From an uncultured Sulfitobacter sp. (lineage in GTDB: Bacteria > Pseudomonadota > Alphaproteobacteria > Rhodobacterales > Rhodobacteraceae): DNA of 64,000 nucleotides. The DNA is taken from positions 168,120 to 232,119 of the forward strand of contig NZ_CANMQD010000003.1 in NCBI RefSeq assembly GCF_947499945.1, written 5' to 3'. Below are positions 59,906-64,000 of this stretch, one piece after another. The number at the start of each line of letters is the position of its first letter. The stretch's first letter is position 1. The position numbers were made by a program, and so were the translations under genes. The notes below the pieces were generated by a model. The model was not told where the DNA came from. It saw only the letters and a program-made list of their open reading frames with translations, and made no database searches.

Positions 59906-61108
59906 TTATGCGTCAGGTGTGCGTGTGGCTGTCAGCTCAATCTGTACATCTACGGCAAAGCCGAGCGAGCTTTCGTCGGGCATATTGGCCCCGATGCCAA
60001 AATCCATGCGGTTGAGGGTCAGGTTCGCCTGCATATTTGCATTGTCGCCCTCAACCGAGAGGCGGAAGGGCATTAAGAGCGGCAAGGTGTTGTCTTTGAT
60101 ACTGAGCGTGCCATCAGCCACAAAACCGTCCACGCCTGAGACAAGGTCTGCTTTGAAAGTGGCCGTCTCGAACTGTGTCGCGTCAAAGAAGTCCGGCCCC
60201 ATCGCTTGGTCCGTGACAGAGCCGAGTGTGAGTGAACCGATGGCGATGACCACTTCTACCTGCCCGGCTACGCCGTTTCTGATGGCTGGATCATAGGCGA
60301 TGTCAGCGGTCCAACTCTCGAAGCGGCCCTCCACAGGAGAGCCGAATTGCGAGACGCTGATGGTTATGGTGCCGTCCTGAACAGTCCAGTCCGAGGCGAC
60401 ATCGGCCAGTTCGGCGGCTTGTACGCCTTCTTTTGCCGTATAGACGCCGATAAAGTTGCCACCGATGAGGACCGCCCCCCAGATGGCCAATGCGGCAACA
60501 AGGGGTATGCGGCTGTGATGTGAAGGGGAAAGCTCTGCAAGATCGGGCGCGCCGTTTATCATGCGGCGCAAGGTAGCGTCCTTGTCGATGAAGTGGTGTT
60601 TGAGCGCACCAGCGATGTGCAACAGGAGCGACACGATCATGACCTTGCCGAACACCCAGTGAAACCCGCCAAACAGCGCCGCGACGCTTTCGGATTTTGG
60701 AACCATGGGCAGGGATTGCCCCAGCGGCCACCAGATCGGCGCAAAGCCAGCTGTTGCCGCGTGGTGTATCCAGCCAGACAGCGGAGCAAGCACCAGAGAG
60801 CCATAGAGCAGCCAATGGGCGGTCTCAGCGAGGCAGTTCTCAACTTTGCGATCGGGGTGCAGGGAGGCAGGTTTGGGCTGGGACAAAGCCCAGAGAATGC
60901 GCAGCAGGGCTACAAAAAAGACAGTCACACCGAGTGTTTTGTGCAGCGAGAACAGCCATGCTTTTTGCGCCAGTTCCGCCGAGGTGTCATAGGGCAACTC
61001 TTCTGCGATGATGGCGACAGGGATCAGGGTCATGATCAGCAGGGCAGTGAGCCAATGAAAGCTGCGGGTGACACTGCCATAGCGGGTGATGGTATTAGAG
61101 GTGGCCAT
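59906..61108 (-). CDS. cytochrome b561-family domain fused to a YceI-like periplasmic domain
   Basis: Start at ATG 61108 (MATSNTITRYGSVTRSFHWLTALLI). Four-helix cytochrome b561 with His residues (FHW, LHKTLG, AHWLLYG, LLHIAGALKHH). Then an extra TM helix and a YceI-like domain (DWTVQDGTITISVSQFGSPVEGRFESW...). The upstream 251 codons of the 651-aa ORF overlap fabD antisense and are rejected. Confidence 0.85.
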   Translation of the reverse strand: MATSNTITRYGSVTRSFHWLTALLIMTLIPVAIIAEELPYDTSAELAQKAWLFSLHKTLGVTVFFVALLRILWALSQPKPASLHPDRKVENCLAETAHWLLYGSLVLAPLSGWIHHAATAGFAPIWWPLGQSLPMVPKSESVAALFGGFHWVFGKVMIVSLLLHIAGALKHHFIDKDATLRRMINGAPDLAELSPSHHSRIPLVAALAIWGAVLIGGNFIGVYTAKEGVQAAELADVASDWTVQDGTITISVSQFGSPVEGRFESWTADIAYDPAIRNGVAGQVEVVIAIGSLTLGSVTDQAMGPDFFDATQFETATFKADLVSGVDGFVADGTLSIKDNTLPLLMPFRLSVEGDNANMQANLTLNRMDFGIGANMPDESSLGFAVDVQIELTATRTPDA

Positions 61109-61255
61109 GGGATGCTCCTGCCTGATGCGATTGTCCAAACATATGCCATCCACCTGACAGGGCAATGGCACGTTTCGGCACAGGTTCTGTGCGCTCTTGT
61201 GAGGGCGGATGCCCTTCGCTAAACCGATGGGCAGTATAGTATAAGGGCAAACATC

Positions 61256-62188
61256 ATGAGCACAGCATTCGTATTTCCCGGTCAGGGCGCACAAACCATC
61301 GGTATGGGCCATGATCTGGCGCAGGCCTATCCTGCTGCCAAAGCAGTCTTTGACGAAGTCGATGAGGCGCTGGGGCAAAAGTTGAGCGCGCTCATTTGGG
61401 AAGGCGACATTGCAGAGCTGACCCTGACGGAGAATGCGCAGCCTGCGCTGATGGCAACGTCGATGGCGGCGATGGCTGCACTTGGGGCTGAGGGCATTGA
61501 TGTGACACGTGCGTCCTTTGTGGCGGGACACAGTCTTGGCGAGTATTCGGCGCTCTGTGCGGCAGGAGTGTTCACGCTGGCTGATACCGCGCGGTTGTTG
61601 CGCATCCGTGGCCGTGCGATGCAAGAGGCGGTGCCGGTAGGGGAAGGTGCAATGGCCGCGATCCTTGGCCTGTCTGCCGACGATGTGGCCAAGTTGGCTG
61701 CCGATGCGGCGCAAGGCGATGTGTGTCAGTTGGCGAACGAGAATGACCCCACGCAGAACGTGATTTCGGGCAGCAAAGCCGCAGTTGAGCGTGCGATTGA
61801 TATGGCCAAAGGGGCAGGGGCCAAGCGTGCGCTGCCTTTGCCTGTTTCCGCACCGTTTCACTGTGCTTTAATGCAGCCGGCGGCGGATGAAATGGCGCGG
61901 GCGCTGGCCGAAGTGACGTTGAACGACCCAAAGGTCCCACTTGTGGCGAATGTGCTGGCCGAGAGTGTGGACACCGCTGGACCCATCGCGGGGCTGCTGG
62001 TGGATCAGGTGACAGGCCGCGTGCGCTGGCGCTCCTCGGTTGAGTGGATGGCGGCGCAGGGTGTGACGGAATATTGGGAGATTGGTGCAGGCAAAGCGCT
62101 GTCTGGCATGATCCGCCGAATTCACAAGGAAGCGACACTTCGCAATGTGGGTGCAGCAGCGGATGTGAAAGCGGCGCTTGAAGGCTAG
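61256..62188 (+). CDS. fabD: malonyl CoA-ACP transacylase
   Basis: FVFPGQGAQ, active site GHSLGEYSAL, and ...SAPFHC. Confidence 0.95.
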   Translation: MSTAFVFPGQGAQTIGMGHDLAQAYPAAKAVFDEVDEALGQKLSALIWEGDIAELTLTENAQPALMATSMAAMAALGAEGIDVTRASFVAGHSLGEYSALCAAGVFTLADTARLLRIRGRAMQEAVPVGEGAMAAILGLSADDVAKLAADAAQGDVCQLANENDPTQNVISGSKAAVERAIDMAKGAGAKRALPLPVSAPFHCALMQPAADEMARALAEVTLNDPKVPLVANVLAESVDTAGPIAGLLVDQVTGRVRWRSSVEWMAAQGVTEYWEIGAGKALSGMIRRIHKEATLRNVGAAADVKAALEG

Positions 62189-62756
62189 TATTACCCGCCG
62201 CAGTTCGCTGATGGGCGCATTGGCGTTGGTGGCGGGCTGCGGAACGGTGACACGCTTGCAGCAGGGGCTTGAGTTTTCGGTCGTAAACGAGCGGCTGATT
62301 ATTCGAGGCGAGATCAGCGCACGGACGGCTGCGGCTTTTGCTGATGTTCTGAAGCAGAATCCGCAGGTATCCGTTATTGTCTTGCAGCATATCACGCGGG
62401 TGACGGATGTGCCTGCGGTTTTTGCAATTGGACGCATGATCCGTGCGCGGGGGCTTCATACGGCATTGCAGAGTGACAGTGATATACATGCCGAAGCGGT
62501 TTTCATGTTTCTGGCGGGGGTGGAGCGGCGCATGGTGGCGGGTGCGCAGATCGGTCTGGGCAGCTGGACGGCACGTGATTTTAGCCGCGCTCCCGATTTT
62601 GCAGGCGCATCGGAATACACTGTTGAGATGTTAGGATCAGACGCATTTTACCTCTTTGCCTTGCGCAATGGGCCGTCTGACGGGATATACGTCATGACTG
62701 AGGATGAGATTGCGCAATTCGGCTTGTTGACCGCGCCTGTGCAGCGATTTGAATAA
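62178..62756 (+). CDS. hypothetical lipoprotein between fabD and fabG
   Basis: TTG start overlapping the fabD end by 11 nt. MKASITRRSSLMGALALVAGC carries a lipobox. An alternative ATG lies at 62211. The body is vaguely ClpP/SppA-fold-like (ERLIIRGEISARTAAAFADVLKQNPQVSVIVLQ). Confidence 0.55.
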   Translation: MKASITRRSSLMGALALVAGCGTVTRLQQGLEFSVVNERLIIRGEISARTAAAFADVLKQNPQVSVIVLQHITRVTDVPAVFAIGRMIRARGLHTALQSDSDIHAEAVFMFLAGVERRMVAGAQIGLGSWTARDFSRAPDFAGASEYTVEMLGSDAFYLFALRNGPSDGIYVMTEDEIAQFGLLTAPVQRFE

Positions 62757-62767
62757 AGGGAACTGAT

Positions 62768-63505
62768 ATGTTTGATCTAACGGGTAAAAATGCGCTGGTA
62801 ACGGGTGCGTCGGGTGGCATTGGTGCGGATATCGCGCGGGCAATGTATGCGCAGGGGGCGACTGTGGGCCTGTCTGGTACGCGCACGGAGCCGTTGGAGG
62901 CACTTGCTGCTGAGCTGGGTGACCGTGCGCATGTGTTGCCCTGCAACCTGAGCGATATGGAAGCGGTTAAAGCGTTGCCCAAGCAAGCGGCGGAAGCGAT
63001 GGGATCGGTTGATATTCTGGTCAACAATGCAGGCATCACCCGCGACAACTTGTTTATGCGCATGTCCGACGATGAGTGGCAGTCGGTATTGGACGTGAAC
63101 CTGACCGCGACATTCCAGCTGTGTAAAGGGGTGATGCGCGGGATGATGAAAGCGCGTTGGGGACGTATTGTGAACATTTCCTCAATTGTTGGCGCAACGG
63201 GCAATCCGGGTCAGGCGAATTATGCGGCGTCCAAAGCGGGGATGATCGGGATGGGCAAAAGCCTTGCCTATGAAGTGGCGAGCCGTGGAATCACCGTCAA
63301 TGCGATTGCGCCCGGATTTATTGCCACGGCGATGACAGACAAACTTACCGATGAACAGAAATCTGGCATCATGGGGCAAATTCCGGCGGGCCGGATGGGC
63401 ACACCGAACGAGATTGCCAGCGCTGTTGTCTATCTTGCCAGCACCGAATCCGCTTATGTTACAGGGGCGACCTTGCATGTGAATGGCGGTATGGCCATGT
63501 TGTAA
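62768..63505 (+). CDS. fabG: 3-oxoacyl-ACP reductase
   Basis: TGASGGIGA, NNAGITRD and YAASKAG, the SDR catalytic motifs. Confidence 0.95.
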   Translation: MFDLTGKNALVTGASGGIGADIARAMYAQGATVGLSGTRTEPLEALAAELGDRAHVLPCNLSDMEAVKALPKQAAEAMGSVDILVNNAGITRDNLFMRMSDDEWQSVLDVNLTATFQLCKGVMRGMMKARWGRIVNISSIVGATGNPGQANYAASKAGMIGMGKSLAYEVASRGITVNAIAPGFIATAMTDKLTDEQKSGIMGQIPAGRMGTPNEIASAVVYLASTESAYVTGATLHVNGGMAML

Positions 63506-63708
63506 TGGCATCGGTGAAAACGTTTGCGTAACCCCAATCATATGCTAAAGGGGGCGCAGAATAACCAGACGGGCGCTTGATGTGACCCGCGCCTTGTGAC
63601 AGCAAGGAAAACGAGCCGCCCCCCAAAGGGGCACCTTCTGGCCCCTCGCACGTTGAGACGGCAGAAACCCAAAGGGGCAGCATAGCCCAATGAGTAAGGA
63701 CTGATAGT

Positions 63709-63942
63709 ATGAGCGACGTCGCAGACCGCGTTAAGAAGATCGTTGTTGAGCACCTTGGTGTTGAAGAAGACAAAGTAGTTGAAAACGCTTCTTTCATCGA
63801 TGATTTGGGTGCAGACAGCCTCGACACCGTCGAGCTGGTAATGGCATTCGAAGAAGAGTTCGGCATCGAGATCCCCGATGACGCAGCCGAGAACATCCAG
63901 ACCTTTGGCGACGCGGTCAAGTTCATCAAAGAAGCTTCCTAA
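63709..63942 (+). CDS. acpP: acyl carrier protein
   Basis: [29 protein letters not shown] phosphopantetheine site. Confidence 0.95.
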   Translation: MSDVADRVKKIVVEHLGVEEDKVVENASFIDDLGADSLDTVELVMAFEEEFGIEIPDDAAENIQTFGDAVKFIKEAS

Positions 63943-64000
63943 GAGGCTTTGCCGAGTTCTTCTCGGCGGTAATATTCTCAAACGGCGCCCCGCTCTGCGG

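Noticed and set aside
61109-61861. N-terminal 251 codons of the 651-aa minus-strand ORF
   Set aside because: Arg/Cys/His-rich nonsense text that overlaps fabD on the other strand. A proper ATG at 61108 starts the cytochrome b561 domain.

Overview
This 64-kb chromosomal segment is most likely from a marine alphaproteobacterium (Rhodobacterales-like). That origin is inferred from gene content and synteny, not from a database search. I support about 60 protein-coding genes and one tRNA-Thr(UGU). I found no rRNA genes and no CRISPR array.

Housekeeping blocks are clear:
- clpP-clpX
- accB-accC-aat
- tig
- rpsF-rpsR-rplI
- fabD-fabG-acpP
- an NDUFA12-like/DUF2155 gene pair

Accessory and environmental functions include:
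- a zur-znuCB/znuA zinc-uptake locus with a palindromic Zur box
- phoX with a Pho-box-like repeat
- kynA-kynU
- a gbsR/marR-regulated RND efflux pump
- a liv-type ABC importer with an XRE-family regulator
- an RTX calcium-binding protein
- an alternative oxidase
- soxR with a VOC-family target gene
- YceI and a cytochrome b561-YceI fusion

Two AT-rich, ORF-poor segments (about 5563-8795 and 12116-14256) look like decayed horizontally acquired DNA. The first contains an IS3-family transposase pseudogene.

The most interesting candidates for new biology are:
1. A translationally coupled CheY-like regulator, small membrane protein and SSS-transporter-fused histidine kinase, followed by an orphan FliM/FliN-like protein.
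2. A photolyase/cryptochrome-like protein whose domain order appears swapped.
3. A periplasmic Cys-rich paralog pair coupled to SCO1, next to a YHS-domain protein and a LysR regulator.
4. A LuxR regulator fused to an alpha/beta-hydrolase fold that lacks the nucleophile serine.

All functional calls come from reading motifs in the supplied translations by eye. No database search was run.
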